A stretch of DNA of 64,000 nucleotides from Massalongia carnosa (Eukaryota), in NCBI GenBank assembly GCA_965645245.1, contig OZ287076.1, positions 558,001 to 622,000 of the forward strand, in the 5' to 3' direction. The first letter of the stretch is position 1. Each line of letters opens with the position of its first letter. Position numbers and translations under genes: made by a program. Shown here in pieces: positions 22,370-36,258 of this stretch. The notes beneath the pieces are model-generated. The model was given only the letters and a program-made list of their open reading frames with translations. It did no database searches and had not been told where the DNA came from.

Positions 22370-23692
22370 GTGGCTTCCTCACTACTTCAGAACATATCCA
22401 CACTGGCTGCGTCGTACATACATTCTATATATACAGTTCTCCCCCCGTCCGTTCACCCATACCTTACCGCAGTCTCGAAAGTCATCCGCCCAACCCCTCC
22501 ACCCCTCCTCCAACAGACCAGCACATTTCTACCCCAAGTCGCTCCTGGGATCTTACTCGCTATCCTCCTTCCCCTTCTCATTTTTATTTTCTCCATGTCC
22601 GGCTGGTCGCGATTTTGGCCATCGGGTCGCTCCTCACCCTTCGAAGCCGTTGTGCCCGGCTCAACCCCGTATGTCTCCGAAGACAATTACTCCTACATCG
22701 TCCCAGATAGTAATGACAGTTACAATGTTTCCGTCCCTCGCAATTCCACCCGACTCGACAATCCACCTCACACAAGTCCCGACATACTGGTGTTGAAGCA
22801 CAGAGGCACCACCTACCCCCTCCACCTCCCGGCATTCTCAATCGCAGAGGGCGAATTGACAGTTGGGAATCTCAGACGGCTTGCTGCAGAAAAAACAAAT
22901 ACGAACGAGAGCCGCCGTGTAAAACTTCTCTACAAAGGGAAGATCCTTAAGGACGATAGCCGTCCATGCCGCGACGAAGGCTTGAAGCAAAATAGTGAGC
23001 TTATGTGCGTCATTAGCGAAGCCGGACACCTAGGTGCAGGGCGCGAGGACGCTGAGAGTAGTGATAGCGCTGACTCAGAGGAAATGCTCGAAAACGGCAT
23101 CGGCGGGCCCCGACCCATCATTGTGGATGCCGATGACCTTCGCGGCGGCGACATGCGCTCCAAGCGCAAGAACCACCGCGCAGGCCGCCGCAAGAAGACC
23201 TCCACTCGCGGCGGCAGCCCCGGTCCCAACACTACGAACACCCCACGTGGTTCCTCTAGCTTTTTGGCTCCAACAGACGCCCTGCCACCCCGGGGCTCCT
23301 CTCCCGGTCCTCGTGCCCCTTCTCCATCACGACCCCGGCCCTCATTGTCTTCCAACGCGCCACAATCGCAATCACAACCGCCCCTGTCATCCCTGCCCAA
23401 CCACAAAAAAACCCCCCTCCAAACCCTCGAAGCCCTCTCCCACGCCTTCCATACCACCCTGGTGCCGCAAAGCGTGCTCTTCACCAATAACCCCCCAACC
23501 GACTCCCGCGTGCGCGATCTCGAGTATAAGAAACTAAGCGAAAGTATACTGGCGCAAATTATCCTCAAGTTGGACGCTGTGGACACGGAAGGTGACGAAG
23601 GCTTGAGGGCGAAGCGAAAGCAGTTGGTTAGGGAGACGCAAGAGGTACTGGGGGATTTGGACCGTGTGGGGAAAGGGGGGGCAGGGAGGTGA
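22370..23692 (+). CDS. BAG-domain Hsp70 co-chaperone with ubiquitin-like domain; start codon uncertain (GTG 22370 or ATG 22595)
   Basis: UBL (RVKLLYKGKILKDD) and C-terminal BAG (KKLSESILAQIILKLDAVDTEGDEGLRAKRKQLV). A hydrophobic segment lies upstream of the first ATG. Confidence 0.85.
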   Translation: MASSLLQNISTLAASYIHSIYTVLPPSVHPYLTAVSKVIRPTPPPLLQQTSTFLPQVAPGILLAILLPLLIFIFSMSGWSRFWPSGRSSPFEAVVPGSTPYVSEDNYSYIVPDSNDSYNVSVPRNSTRLDNPPHTSPDILVLKHRGTTYPLHLPAFSIAEGELTVGNLRRLAAEKTNTNESRRVKLLYKGKILKDDSRPCRDEGLKQNSELMCVISEAGHLGAGREDAESSDSADSEEMLENGIGGPRPIIVDADDLRGGDMRSKRKNHRAGRRKKTSTRGGSPGPNTTNTPRGSSSFLAPTDALPPRGSSPGPRAPSPSRPRPSLSSNAPQSQSQPPLSSLPNHKKTPLQTLEALSHAFHTTLVPQSVLFTNNPPTDSRVRDLEYKKLSESILAQIILKLDAVDTEGDEGLRAKRKQLVRETQEVLGDLDRVGKGGAGR

Positions 23693-24552
23693 GTAGGGGG
23701 GAGGGGAATTTTCTTCGTGGAAATGGGGTGGCGGCTGTTAGGATATACGTGTGTTTAGGGGGCGGCGAGCATAAAGGATAGGGCGGTGAAGAGGCGGAAT
23801 CTCCGTCTCCATTGAATCCAGGATAGAGGGAGTTGTCAGAACACAAATCCTCGTTTTTTTCTTCTTTCTCTTTCTTTCTTTTTTTAAACGAGCGCTTCAT
23901 AGAAGAGGACTCTATTCTACTTCACCATGACCGAACGGCGCGGGAAATCGATGTTTAAGGGTTAGATAGCTAGATGTCTGGCGTATCGTGTGCGTGCTGC
24001 ATTGGTGGAGCCGGGCTGGGGGACGGGTTCGACTGGCGAGGGATGGAAGGGGGAGGTAAGGGATATATAGACTTAGGTAAACTAGAGTGCGAAACAAGTC
24101 GGCAAACATGTTTCGTTTTTCCTCACCTCTGATTCCATTTTTTTCTCTACGTAGCTCGAAAGCTCGAAAAAGCTCGAAGTTATTCTGGTTGGTGGTTCGA
24201 GTACCTCTCTTCTATCTGACAAAAACTCCTCTCCCTATCTCGAAGTTCTCCCATCAACTCTACTTACTATTCCACATAAACTGCCTTCCTGTCTATCGTT
24301 GCCTGCTAGACGCCCGAAATGCCAATGAACATGAGTTACATTCCCCGAACACCAGACAAAGATGATGGGGTATAACAACAGGGAAACGAATGGAGATGCT
24401 ACTTTGATGGGAATGTTAAATTCTTAATGCTGATACAGTCTGATACTCGGTTCTTGAGACGTTGGGTGTAAGGGGAGAGGATGAGAGGGGAAGGCCCTTG
24501 GATGGGATGAAGAGGATGAGAGAAGGGAGATGGGAGAAGAAAGAAGATTCAA

Positions 24553-26554
24553 TTATACGAGAACGTAAAGAGCGCACATCTAGAGTAGCCTTGTTAGCTC
24601 TTTGGAGTCTTGAAAGAATGGAGTATAGATTGGGAGACGAGAGGCGACATACCATAGCAAGCCCTAGGATCATAGAGATCCAAAAACAAACATTCTACCA
24701 AAGTTCTGTTAGCATTACTATGATATGGGACGCATACATACGTATTCTGTACCCAGTACCTAACAGAAAACGGTGAAAAGACAACAAACTTACATTAAAC
24801 AATCTCCTTCCCCTCACAAACTTGGTTCTTTGCAGCGCTACAATCGGCAACTGCATCATCTGGGCTAGAAACCCGTAGCCTCGTAGTTTCTTCGTGATAC
24901 AGCCCATGACCAGTTCATGGCCGAATGCGCTAATAAGGAAGGTGATCAGCGTTGCCATATTGCGGGAGACGTAGGGCCGGGAGGCGCCGTAGACATGGCG
25001 GCGGAGGAAGTGGTGGACCGGGATGTTCCATTCGCGGGAGAATTCAAGCCTTGAGCAAATACATTAGATGTGAAAACTTAAGGGGAGAACGATTTGACTT
25101 TTAAGGGGGCAGGTTGGAAATGTCCTTACCAATCGCATGAGTTCCACCAATCGGAATAAAAATGACGGTCGGCAAAACAGGTGATTTCGGCAAAGGCGCC
25201 GAGGACATACTCAAAGATGACGAGGAAGACGAGAAGGAAGGTAACCATGAAGGGAAATAGCAAGAGACTGATGCTCTCAGCCAGAATGAGACCCATTTCG
25301 GACCAGCTGTCAATGCCCTCAAGGCGAAGCGCGGAGTCGTGCAGCACGGGGACGATGAACTCCTCGCTCGTGATGGTGAGGAGGAAGATGCAGCCGAACA
25401 CAGCGAGGGTCTTCCAAAAGAGCTCCAACCATTGCATTTTCTCAGTGCGCGGGTACTCGAGCTCGTAGCAAAGGGTTGGGCAAAGTATGTAGTCAAGGTA
25501 ATTGGCCGTGGATAGGTTCTGTGGGTATGTGACACGGCCTAAAGGAGACGTAAGCTCATGAGCGAGGTCTTCGCGTAGCTGCGTCAAGGCTTCTTTCTCG
25601 TCTTCATGTTTCCTTTCTATTTCGGCGTCCAAATCGCTGATGTTGGTGCTCGAGCTGGGGTATCGCACTGCTGCAGCAGTCGAAGCATTTTCAGGATTAT
25701 CCAGAGCTGAAAGTCTGTATTCGGTGGCGCTTAGATGTCCGTTGTAGAAGGCGTACGAATGCATTTTCATAAGGAGGACAAGGGTGTGCAAAGTGAAAAA
25801 GACCTGAGCTGTCCAAGTCCAGTTCAACATAAAGGGCCAGCTATCACTGTTAGTAAAATGACCCATTCATGAATCCATATCACGCACTTGACCCATAAAG
25901 CTAACCAAGCCACCTGGAAGAGACTCTGTATAGACATCCCACAATTCGTCCACCGCAACCAACCATTGGTCCTCCTGAATATCCGCTGTAACGGCAAGCT
26001 CAGACCGGTACTCCCGACCATGAATAAGTCGCTCAGCCCCAGTTGCCATGTATTCTCAGACAAAAGCGCCCATACTCGAACTCTCAAAGGATATCCTGTA
26101 TCCTTGATATTCCTTAGCATTGTGGTGAGGACCATAATCGCCAGCCCAATCCAGAACAAGACGAAAAATCCCCTGAAGTCCCGATAATCGCTTTTTGGAT
26201 CGAAGTGAGAGACTCGCGCGGCATATTCAATAGTCGGGAAAATTCGATGCTTCTGCTGCGCTCGTATCTGCTTCCTAGCAGAAGAGATGGACTGAACGGA
26301 AGGAGGGGCATCGGGAGGAAGAGGGGTTGAGCGACCACTGGGGTACGAGTTATTTGAGTTCAGTTTTTTAAATGAAAGACATTGCATATATACCTGGAGA
26401 TACCTGAGGGTAGTTGCTCACTACCATGATTTGGCTTCAGGCTCCCCTCCTCGCTCTGAGCTCGCAGAACCATGGGATTTCCAGGTTTGATAGGGCGAGG
26501 CCGAAGAATGCTGTCTGTTCCATCATTCTGCCCAGAAGAAATAGGATATGCCAT
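24553..26554 (-). CDS. ARE2: Sterol O-acyltransferase (ACAT/Are-type MBOAT), multi-exon
   Basis: MKMHSYAFYNG, PTLCYELEYPR, FYSDWWN, EFSREWNIPVH and SAFGHE (catalytic His). Last exon MCALYVLV* ends at 24553. Confidence 0.88.
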
Positions 26555-27036
26555 TCTAGATACAATAGTTAAGGTCTCTTTGGTGAGTCCCTTCAAAACA
26601 CTGTACCTTAACCACTAGGAGAAAGCCAGAATGTAGAAGTCAAGCAGAGACTCCTGGTAAAATTACTGTAACGTGGCCAATGCACGTTCAAATGAGATAC
26701 TAAAATCAACATTGTGTTACGTTTTGCAACAATGTGGCAGTGTCCATGTCGCTGGTCAGAAGAGCTGATGATCTTCTTTCCACTTCAAGATTCTGCTAAC
26801 GCCGAGATTAACGCCGCGTGATAGGGTGTAGGGCTGGCCTGCATACCGAACTTTCTTATGAAGATTGTGTCGTATTTGATAGTCTCTTAAGCAGCGATCC
26901 TACGACCCTCTTTAGATTTAAGTGTGATGATTGAACTTCGTCTATACCGCTTTAGAGCGTTAGCAACCATTGCCGAGAGTTATACTCAATTAGTTCTATG
27001 AACAAAGACCTGGTTGCCTAAGGTCCTACGCCGGTG

Positions 27037-29813
27037 ATGAGTTCTCGTAAGCAGCACCCAAGATAAACTTTACAATGATCTCTGGGGTTAACCTTGAACT
27101 AAGTAAAACAATTCATTCGCAGCGTACGCGCGTCGAAAACCATTGCCGACGAAAGGGCTGTTGTACAGAAAGAAAGTGCTGCAATTCGAGCAAGCTTCAG
27201 GGAGGAGAGTGGGGATGCAAACATAAGGTCCTTCCTGCTGCTCTCAAGCCACAATAGAGAGAGACGCTGACAGAATTGCAGGAGGAATAATGTAGCCAAA
27301 CTACTATATCTTTTTACCTTGGGGGAGCGGACGCATTTTGGCCAGATAGAATGTCTCAAATTATTGGCATCGCCCCGGTTTGCGGACAAGAGACTTGGGT
27401 ATCTAGGGACGATGCTGCTGCTGGATGAAAATCAGGAGGTGTTGACATTAGTCACAAATTCTTTAAAAAAGTAAGTCTATGGGGTCTCCTCAAACTACAA
27501 TCCTAATCCACTACATTTGAAGCGATCTAAACCACTCAAATCAATACGTGGTCGGACTTGCATTATGCACCCTCGGGAATATTGCTTCTGTCGAAATGTC
27601 TAGAGATCTTTTCTCTGAGATTGAGACTCTTCTCTCCACAGCAAATCCATATATACGCCGTAAAGCTGCCTTGTGCGCTATGCGAATATGTCGCAAGGTC
27701 CCGGACCTTCAAGAACACTTTGTAGAAAAAGCCAAGATCCTTCTTTCCGATCGAAACCATGGGGTCCTGCTTTGTGGTCTTACTCTCGTTACCAGTATGT
27801 GCGAAGCAGAGGACTCCGAGGGTGGAGAAGAGATGATTGTCGATATGTTTAGGCCTTTAACGGTTGGCCTGGTAAGAACGCTGAAAGGACTTGCCAGCTC
27901 TGGATATGCGCCCGAACATGACGTGACTGGTATTACGGATCCGTTCCTACAGGTTAAGATTCTCCGGCTTCTTAGAGTATTCGGACGTGGGGATCCTCAC
28001 ACGAGTGAGCAAATAAACGACATTCTTGCTCAGGTAGCAACGAACACCGATTCGTCAAAAAATGTTGGAAACTCGATCTTGTACGAATCTGTTCTTACAA
28101 TCCTAGATATCGAAGCGGATTCAGGATTGCGGGTATTGGGGGTTAATATTTTGGGCAAGTTCCTGTCAAATAAAGACAACAACATCCGATATGTGGCTCT
28201 AAATACACTGATTAAGGTGGTCGCTGTCGAGCCAAATCCTGTGCAGCGTCACCGAAACACCATTCTTGAATGTTTACGAGATCCCGATATTAGCATTCGA
28301 AGACGAGCTCTTGATCTCAGTTTTACCCTTATAAATGAGGGAAATGTTCGAGTTCTTATTCGCGAGTTACTTGCATTCTTAGAAGTTGCAGACAATGAAT
28401 TCAAGCCTATAATGACTAGCCAGATTGGAGTTGCGGCAGATCGCTTTGCCCCCAATCGACGGTGGCACGTTGACACCATGCTTAGAGTACTGAAGCTAGC
28501 AGGCAATTACGTTAAAGAACAGATCCTGTCATCATTTGTACGGCTGATTGCGACTACTCCTGATCTCCAAACATACTCGGTACAAAAGCTATATGCTGGA
28601 CTGAAAGACGACATTACTCAGGAAGGTTTAACTTTAGCGGGTACATGGGTTATTGGCGAATACGGAGACGCTCTCATACGCGGCGGTCAGTACGAAGAGG
28701 AAGAGCTCGTGCAGGTGGTTAAGGAAAGCGATATCGTTGACTTATTCATCACCATTCTTGATAGCAGCTATTCTACCCAAATCGTCACCGAATATATCAT
28801 CACCTCTGCCATGAAGCTGACCGCTCGACTAACCGAGTCAGCTCAGATAGACCGAATAAGACGCCTGTTATCAAATCGGACGTCAGATCTTAATGTTGAG
28901 ATTCAGCAGAGAGCTGTTGAGTACGGCAACTTATTTGCCTATGATGAAATCCGACGAGGCGTTCTCGAAAGAATGCCGCCGCCCGAAATCCGGGAAGAGC
29001 AAAGAGTTCTTGGAGAAGCTACGCCGAAGCAGAAAAAAGCCGCTGCTAGAGCCAAAAAAATTGCAAAGGTCACAGAGCAAGATATGCTTGTCGACTTGAT
29101 GGGCGGCCCGGACGTCGCGGCTGCTGGTTTAGGTTCTGCTACGAACGGCTCGAAAAACAACGCCGACCTTCTCGCCGATATCCTCGGTGGCAACGAAGGA
29201 CCATCATCCGTCAACGCACAATCCACGCAGTCAAACCCAAGCTCCATCATGGATCTTTTCAATAGTACAAACTCTACCACTCTAGACGGCTTTTCATCGC
29301 CACCACCTCAACAGAATTCTTCCAGTTCCGCCAACCTCTTCAGCAATACCTCCTCTCCACCCCCCTCTTCCATCTCTCCCGCCGCTCCAGGCCATGCACA
29401 TCAAGCCTACAACAAAAACTCCATGCTGCTAACCCTCCAAGTCCAACGAATCTCCGGCAACGCCCAGATCCTCGCGCGGTTCCAAAACACAAGCAATCTC
29501 GATCGCTTCTCCGGTGTCGGCTTGCAAGCCGCAGTGCCGAAGTCGCAAAAGCTGCAGCTGAACGCGATCAACAAAGCGGATCTAGAAGCTGGGGAAGAGG
29601 CTATGCAGCAAATGAGGGTTGCTGCCGTTAGCGGTGTACGTATTTCTCGCCTTGCCTTGTGGTTGGTTTTCATTTAAAGATAGAGAGTTCGAAGCTGATA
29701 TGTTGAGTATCTAGGCATTACCTCCGAAGCTGAGGTTGAGGTTGAAAGTTAGCTATCAGAGAGATGGCATGGCGCCAGTTACGGATCAGGTGGATTGGTC
29801 GGAGCCCAGCTGA
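27037..29813 (+). CDS. APL4: AP-1 adaptor complex gamma subunit
   Basis: [45 protein letters not shown] and [11 protein letters not shown]. Ear domain [13 protein letters not shown]. Four introns. Confidence 0.95.
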
Positions 29814-29876
29814 GGACCAAGGAGTCTTGAGTGGAGGGCGAACGGAAAGCATTTGGAGAATGCGGCTATAGATAAG

Positions 29877-29895
29877 TAGGTAGGTAGGTAGGTAG
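29877..29895 (+). repeat. (TAGG)n microsatellite
   Basis: taggtaggtaggtaggtag downstream of the AP-1 gamma stop. A similar tract lies near 58982-59000. Confidence 0.85.
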
Positions 29896-32589
29896 GGAAC
29901 GGGATTGAACTAATGACGAGTGTGGACTTCGTCTGTTTGGTTATTCTTAAGCCAAACAACTGTCTGCTTATACATGCATGTTCATCATGTACCTAGCCTT
30001 TAAGTAATGCTTAGCACCTTTCAAGCGCGTATATTCTCTCGCCGATCCAGCCAGATCACCTCAAAAGCCACCTTTCTCTAATTTCACAATTTCTGTCCTG
30101 CTTGCATATTACCAGTTCTTGTATCAACAACATCAAGCGCAGCAGTCACTCCTCCTAGAACGAAAGACAGCAAACAATCATGCTGCAGGAACAGAATCAC
30201 GGCTTCTTTCGCTATGACAGGCCTCAGTCTCCTTCCCCCGTCCATGTATATGGCTAACCCACCTATATTAGCATACATCACATCACCGGCACGCTTTGTA
30301 TATATATACATATAAACACCTACAGGTTTTACTCTTTTCGAATCTTTTCCGCAACGAGTAGTTGGGAGAGCGGAACTAGACAAACCCCTTTCCTATACTT
30401 GGCTAATCTTCTCCACGCGCTTCTACGCACAAACAAACTTTCTCGATAATTCCTATCTAGGTGCTACATTACACGCATACAGTCCGAAACGGCCTTCTTC
30501 ACCTCCACCATCTCCAGCGTTCCGATACGCTGAGTTGGAGTGATGAATGATTCGCAAGTATAGCACCCTGGCAGATCAAGGTTCAGGTCCAGATCCAGAG
30601 CTAGCTAACCAGCCGCCCGCCTTCTTTACGGGTTATCTGCCTCGAAAAACCATCCTTCAAGGCCCCTCTAAATCTCGATTCGCATTTCGGCTGACTGCTC
30701 CCTTCCTTTCCTTTCCTGGTATACCGAGCTACACATGTGCGCCGATAAACTTAGTTTCGGGCTAAGTGAGCAAAATTTTAGGTGTAGTGTAGTTGACTGA
30801 GCGTCCAAATGACCGTTTCCGTCGCCGTCACCGAGCCTGGCTCCGCTCCACTTCTGGGCGAGTATATTTTTCTCGTGTTGGATGAATGCTCTTTTCGTTA
30901 GCGCGCGGAAATGAGAGCAACGGCCAGAAAGTCCATTGGATGAAAATCTAGTCATGACGGGTGAGTTCCAGACAGCCCAAAGCGGCAAGATGGAAAGGGG
31001 CTTTTTTTTTCGGTAGAAGGAAGGTCAAGATAAAGAATAGGGATGATGACGAGCGCTTCTCAAGTGGGAAAGGGGGCATTTGGGCTATTGATAGATTTCG
31101 AGGAGTAGATAAGGCGAGTGTCCATCTAGTGGGGTAAGGACAATCATTGATTAGCAGGATGAGGTTTTGAGAGTTAGGAGGATGGTATGAAAGGAGAATA
31201 AGACTAATGAAAAAAGCATGAAGGATCGTATCTGTTTATTCAGGGAACATGTAGAAGCAAATGGTGGAGAAAAGAACTGCAAACCCCGGTTGATAGACGG
31301 AAGAAACTACCTTCAAATGACAATGAATGATAGCGTAATTGAGGAGGTATGAATGTCTCGCAACGGTGATTTGTTCTTTCGAAAATCTCTATATCTACTC
31401 CAAGACAATTTCCAGAATCTCCCTGCTCATGCTCTTCCCCTTGATAAGACCGCGCTATATTTGTCATGTGAGCTTTCCGTCATCCAGTGAAACGGTGGTG
31501 ATCCTGTCTAGGATCGGATATCCACGCACGAGAGATCGTTTCTCAAGGGGCCCGGAACAGCTGCTGGGGGGGGGGGGGTGATTTGGTAACGGTAGTCCAA
31601 TGGTTTTGTCCGGCGCTGACCTAAACGTCTGCACTCTCTTCGCGAACCAAACGGGACCGGTTGGAAGGAGGACCTTGTCTGTTCCCAAGTCCGCAGTCTT
31701 TGCCATAAACAACGGTTCTTAATTACTCGTCGCCGTCAGTTTCCCTCCATGCAGCACATACGATTTGATCAACGTTGCGATGAGAAGCGAAATCGGATGG
31801 AGAGATAATTTCTTTCAAGTTTTTTTTTCAATTTTTCGTTTATCGTAAGTATCTACTTCCATCTCTGTGTTCCTCGTCCAAACAAGGCTTGCGGCCTATT
31901 GCCAAGATATTGCATAAAATCGCTATCTGGGCGGTTGATCCAAATTTCCAGATCTGTGATACGCAAAGGTTTTCTACGAGTTCATTTTAGTCTCAATGCT
32001 CGCCTTTGTCCTCGCAATAACTTCTGTGCAAACGCTCCGGGCTAGATTGCAAGATATTTTGTGGCTGATGAGTTCTTCGCGATCCGAAGTGAAGCTCTGA
32101 AGTCCATTTCCCTTAATTTTCCATGATTCGTTTATTAAATCTAGACAAACTGCAATCATGGTGAAATTAAATTTACATCGTCTTAAAGACAACGTTGGCT
32201 AACACTAACGGAATTCGATTTGGCTCACTACTACGACAACACCCAGAGGCGCCTTTGCCGATCAACGGAAACCAATCAAGGAACTAGTGACCGCAAGGCT
32301 GGAATCTCAGAAACCACTCTACAGTACGGAGTACTCCGTACCATTGGACCAGCGCCATTTTATTACACAGTGGAATCATGAAATACCCGATTGGTGGATG
32401 ATCTGTCATCATGTGTTATACGACGATCGTCTTAACTATTTTCGAAACCATCGGGAGACAAGGGAAGCATTTTCATTTATCATAACATGGCTAGACCTTT
32501 TACTTTAAATCATAAGCGGTTGCGCCATGTACTTGAAGAAATAGCCTTGCAACTGATCTTGCCAACATATCAAGACTTGCAAATATTGC

Positions 32590-34531
32590 ATGGAGTATCT
32601 ATCCATGATGGCGATAACTTTAAGGCATTCTCAATTGACCCTATCAAGTAAACCATGGGGTCTGCAATTTCGGTCTTCCGAGGTTTTCATTATAGCTGTC
32701 ATCTGTTTTGCCTTATTCGCAATAGGTGGTCTGACGTGATGACTACCTGGAAGAGCTAACAACGAGGAGGATAAATTTATGTATGGCATGGTGAGGTATG
32801 CTTGCAGAGCGTGAGAACTTTTACCAATCATGTCTTAGATTGTACTCATTATGCCACAGGCTCTTATTGATCGTGCTGAGGATGACGGTAAAGCTTGCCA
32901 GGCCAGAATTCCCTCGCGTATCAGACGAGCTTTCTAATTAACGGCATAAATCGAAAATTTTAAGTTCAACAATGGATCTCAATCCTTCTTGCAGCATACG
33001 CTGCTGCTCTTCTTGCAAGCTCTCGTGAGTATCGGGTATTTCGCAAACGTAGAAGGGGGGCTGATCCATTGTGTTGCTCAGCTGTTTTTGATTACTTTGC
33101 CGATCGCCACGAATCGCGCAAACTACCCTTCATCCTAGGCCTCGCAGCCATGGGAAGCTCCACTGCTATTTTCGTTGCCAGCACTTCTCCGTACATGTTC
33201 CTTGCGGCGAGAGCTTTGCAGGGTGTGTCGGGTGCCGCAATGGGGGTTGTTGGGCTATGTTTGACTATTGATACAGTTGGCAATGATGCCCTGGCACAGC
33301 CGATGGGGTACAGCGCCCTCGCCTTGACATGGGCCATACTGCTTGGGCCTATGTTCGGAGGCATTATGTAAGCTTCCTCTTCCATCAGCTCGTTGACGCG
33401 AAAGATCCGATGACACTTCTCTGAGGCACATGTATGGTGATATGACTTACTTTAGATACGCTAAAGCAAGTTATTACGCTGCGTTTTCCATACCCATAGC
33501 GCTACTTTTTATAGATGTCTTCCTGCGAGCTTTGATGATTGAAAAAAAGAGTACGAGTAAACTCAGACTCTCTATCCCGAAGAAAGCGGCAGCTGACTTC
33601 CTTGCAGTTGCCCAACAGTGGCAACCAAACACTGAAACAGAAGACGGCAACATCAATCACAGCAACCCCGACAACGAAGACATCCCGAATGCAGCAAATC
33701 CAAAAATTTGCAAGGATCCCTCTGAAGCACTGAAAGCTACCGAGCGTTCTTCGCTGCTTGAAAGCCCAAATCTCGCGTTTGGAAAACCTTGCCAGACACA
33801 ACCAATATACCGCTTACTTTCTCATCCGCATTTTCTGACCGCTTTGCTTGCTGTATTGATTGACCTATCTGTGTTTACTGCTTTTGAGACTATAAGTACT
33901 CACTCCTTCGTTAGCGCTGCCTATATCTTAAAACTTCTATGAAGCATGAATTCTAATTATTTTCTAGATTCTTCCGCTGTTCGTGATGCAAACCTTCCGC
34001 TGGACAAACAGTGGGACTGGATTGATATTCCTCACGCTCAGCGTGCCAAGTTTGTTTGCTCCCATGATCGGAAAATTGATTGACAGGCATAGGCCAAGAG
34101 CCATCGGGATTGCTGGATTTCTCCTAGCAGCGCCATCTCTCATCCTACTCCGTCTCATACAGCACAATAGTACGGCACATCACGTCCTTCTTGTAGTTTT
34201 GCTGGTATTGGTAGGTTTCGTCTCGACCGCTATACAAGTTACGGCAATGGCAGAAATCTGAGAGACGGTCAACGAGATCGAAGAGCAAACCCCAGATGCC
34301 TTTGGTGGTACAAGCGCCATGGCTCGAGCTTACTCATTGTTTAACATGGCTTTTGCGCGTGGGCAGTTTCTTGGTCCAATCTTAGGAGGGTTTGTCAAAG
34401 TCCGTTGTGGATGGCAGGGTATGTCATTAGTTCTTGGCCTGCTTTGCTTTTTGGCTGAGATACCGGTGGCGCTCTTTAGTGGGCGTCGGCCTGCAAAAAA
34501 GATTATAAGACACAATCCCACGAGTAATTAG
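32590..34531 (+). pseudogene. MFS transporter pseudogene
   Basis: MFS TM segments (FLAARALQGVSGA, ARAYSLFNMAF). In-frame TGA at 34259-34261. Two expected intron donors read ATAGGT (32722) and ATAAGT (33892) rather than GT. Confidence 0.8.
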
Positions 34532-36258
34532 TAGGTTAAGAGGTTTGTCTTGAATATATGATGTTAAAGATCAAGACTCGCCTAATGAATTTGTGGCAAT
34601 ATAGAATCCCAGGCGGGATAACTGCCTTTTGCCTTTCGTGTCATCTCCTTGCTAAAACTTGAACAAGATGTAGCTATACAATCAACCCCACTTGATATCA
34701 AATGCGAGGGGGGGCTTTATATCCGAAGGGCCCTTGTGGCGATGCTATGTAAATTGTATCAAACCTTAGTTCTTTCTTGAGAAAAAAAAATTCATTCAAG
34801 GAGTAATGCTCAAAATGAAGATGATGCTAGTAAATCAAACATCCATCCGTTCCCTAAAGATTCTTTACATATGATCAAGCCAAGTCTCCACAACAGGTCT
34901 AATAAATTTTTGCAAACGACAGTATCTAAATAGAATGACCTCTGGGTCCGACATTCTTTTGAACAAAAAGTTACCGCCTGAGTCCTTAAATTATTCACTC
35001 CCTCTATTCGTGTTTCTATCATTATACGTATCATGAAAATTAGCTGCAGCGCGAGAAAGAGAGGGAAGGAAGGAAAGGGAGGAGGCTTTCAGAGCCGGCA
35101 ACGTCTGGTAACTTTCGCCCTTATATCGTCCATCCCTTGTGATTCTCTTAACAAATTTAAGAAGGCTTATACATGATCTGTGGCTTCTCCTTGGATTAGA
35201 AGAGGTTCAAGTCGAGGTATGAGCAGATCTAGTCAATGAAAGGACCAAGCAATTCTAGCAAAACAGGAATATAAAGGACGGTTTTATCGAGAGGTGGTGC
35301 TGTTCTTCTAGCATTATGATACCCTTCATCTTAAATCCAGTTGTTTCCTATTGTGCCTTCTTAATAGATGTTCATTTACAAGCTACCAAATTGTAGAGTT
35401 TGTATGTTTTAAGTTCGGGAGCGGTCGAAGGCTTGTAAGTAAAACTTGAGCTTGTTGTGAGCAGTTGCGCCATACACAGCTTGATAGTAAACCGGGGAAA
35501 ATATCACTAGCGCAAAAAGTATGGTCGATTTACAGAGGTGGGACAAAGTTTGCCTTGCGTTGGAGGTCTTGAAGCAACTGAGGGCTGGTGAAACGAAAGA
35601 GCAGAGGTAAATCGAAGTGGATGAGGCAGCCGAAAGAGCAGAAATATATAGTAAAGATATAGATCAATCCCCACATTCTCCCGATAGTTAGAGAAGCTAG
35701 CGAAAGTACATCATGTTGTTGACATATCGTAAGCCTTCCTCTGAAGCCAATCTTTCCTTCTTTAGCTCCAGAACCCAAGGTAACCGATTGCGCAAACATC
35801 AATTTTCACTCATGGCAATGTCGGTCTGAGGGCAGATGGTGGAATTGATATGAAAACATAAGTTGATCATCTAGCTGAATCTCAATGTATTTGTAAAGAT
35901 TCCTAAAAAGATTTTAAAAATAATACTTTTTGCGAGAATGAGATATCGAGTACAACTCTGCATTTCTCCCCATTCAGTTCATTCCGTTCGTTCACATGTC
36001 TGTACTAAAAGAAACTATTAGATTTAATCCAACGTTACGAAAGATGGAAAGAAATGGAGTGCCGGGTTATCAAGAGGTAGACTTCAACGGCGAGGCTAGC
36101 ACCTGCATGCGAATCCTTCGGCCTATTGGGTGACACCAAGTACGTATGTCAGCTACTTGATCAAAGCTGCTAAGCATTGACAGTCCCTTTTACGACTTTC
36201 TATGAAATGAGCCACTTTAGCAAGTAGATATGTCAAAGATTTATATTAGGTGTGAGAG

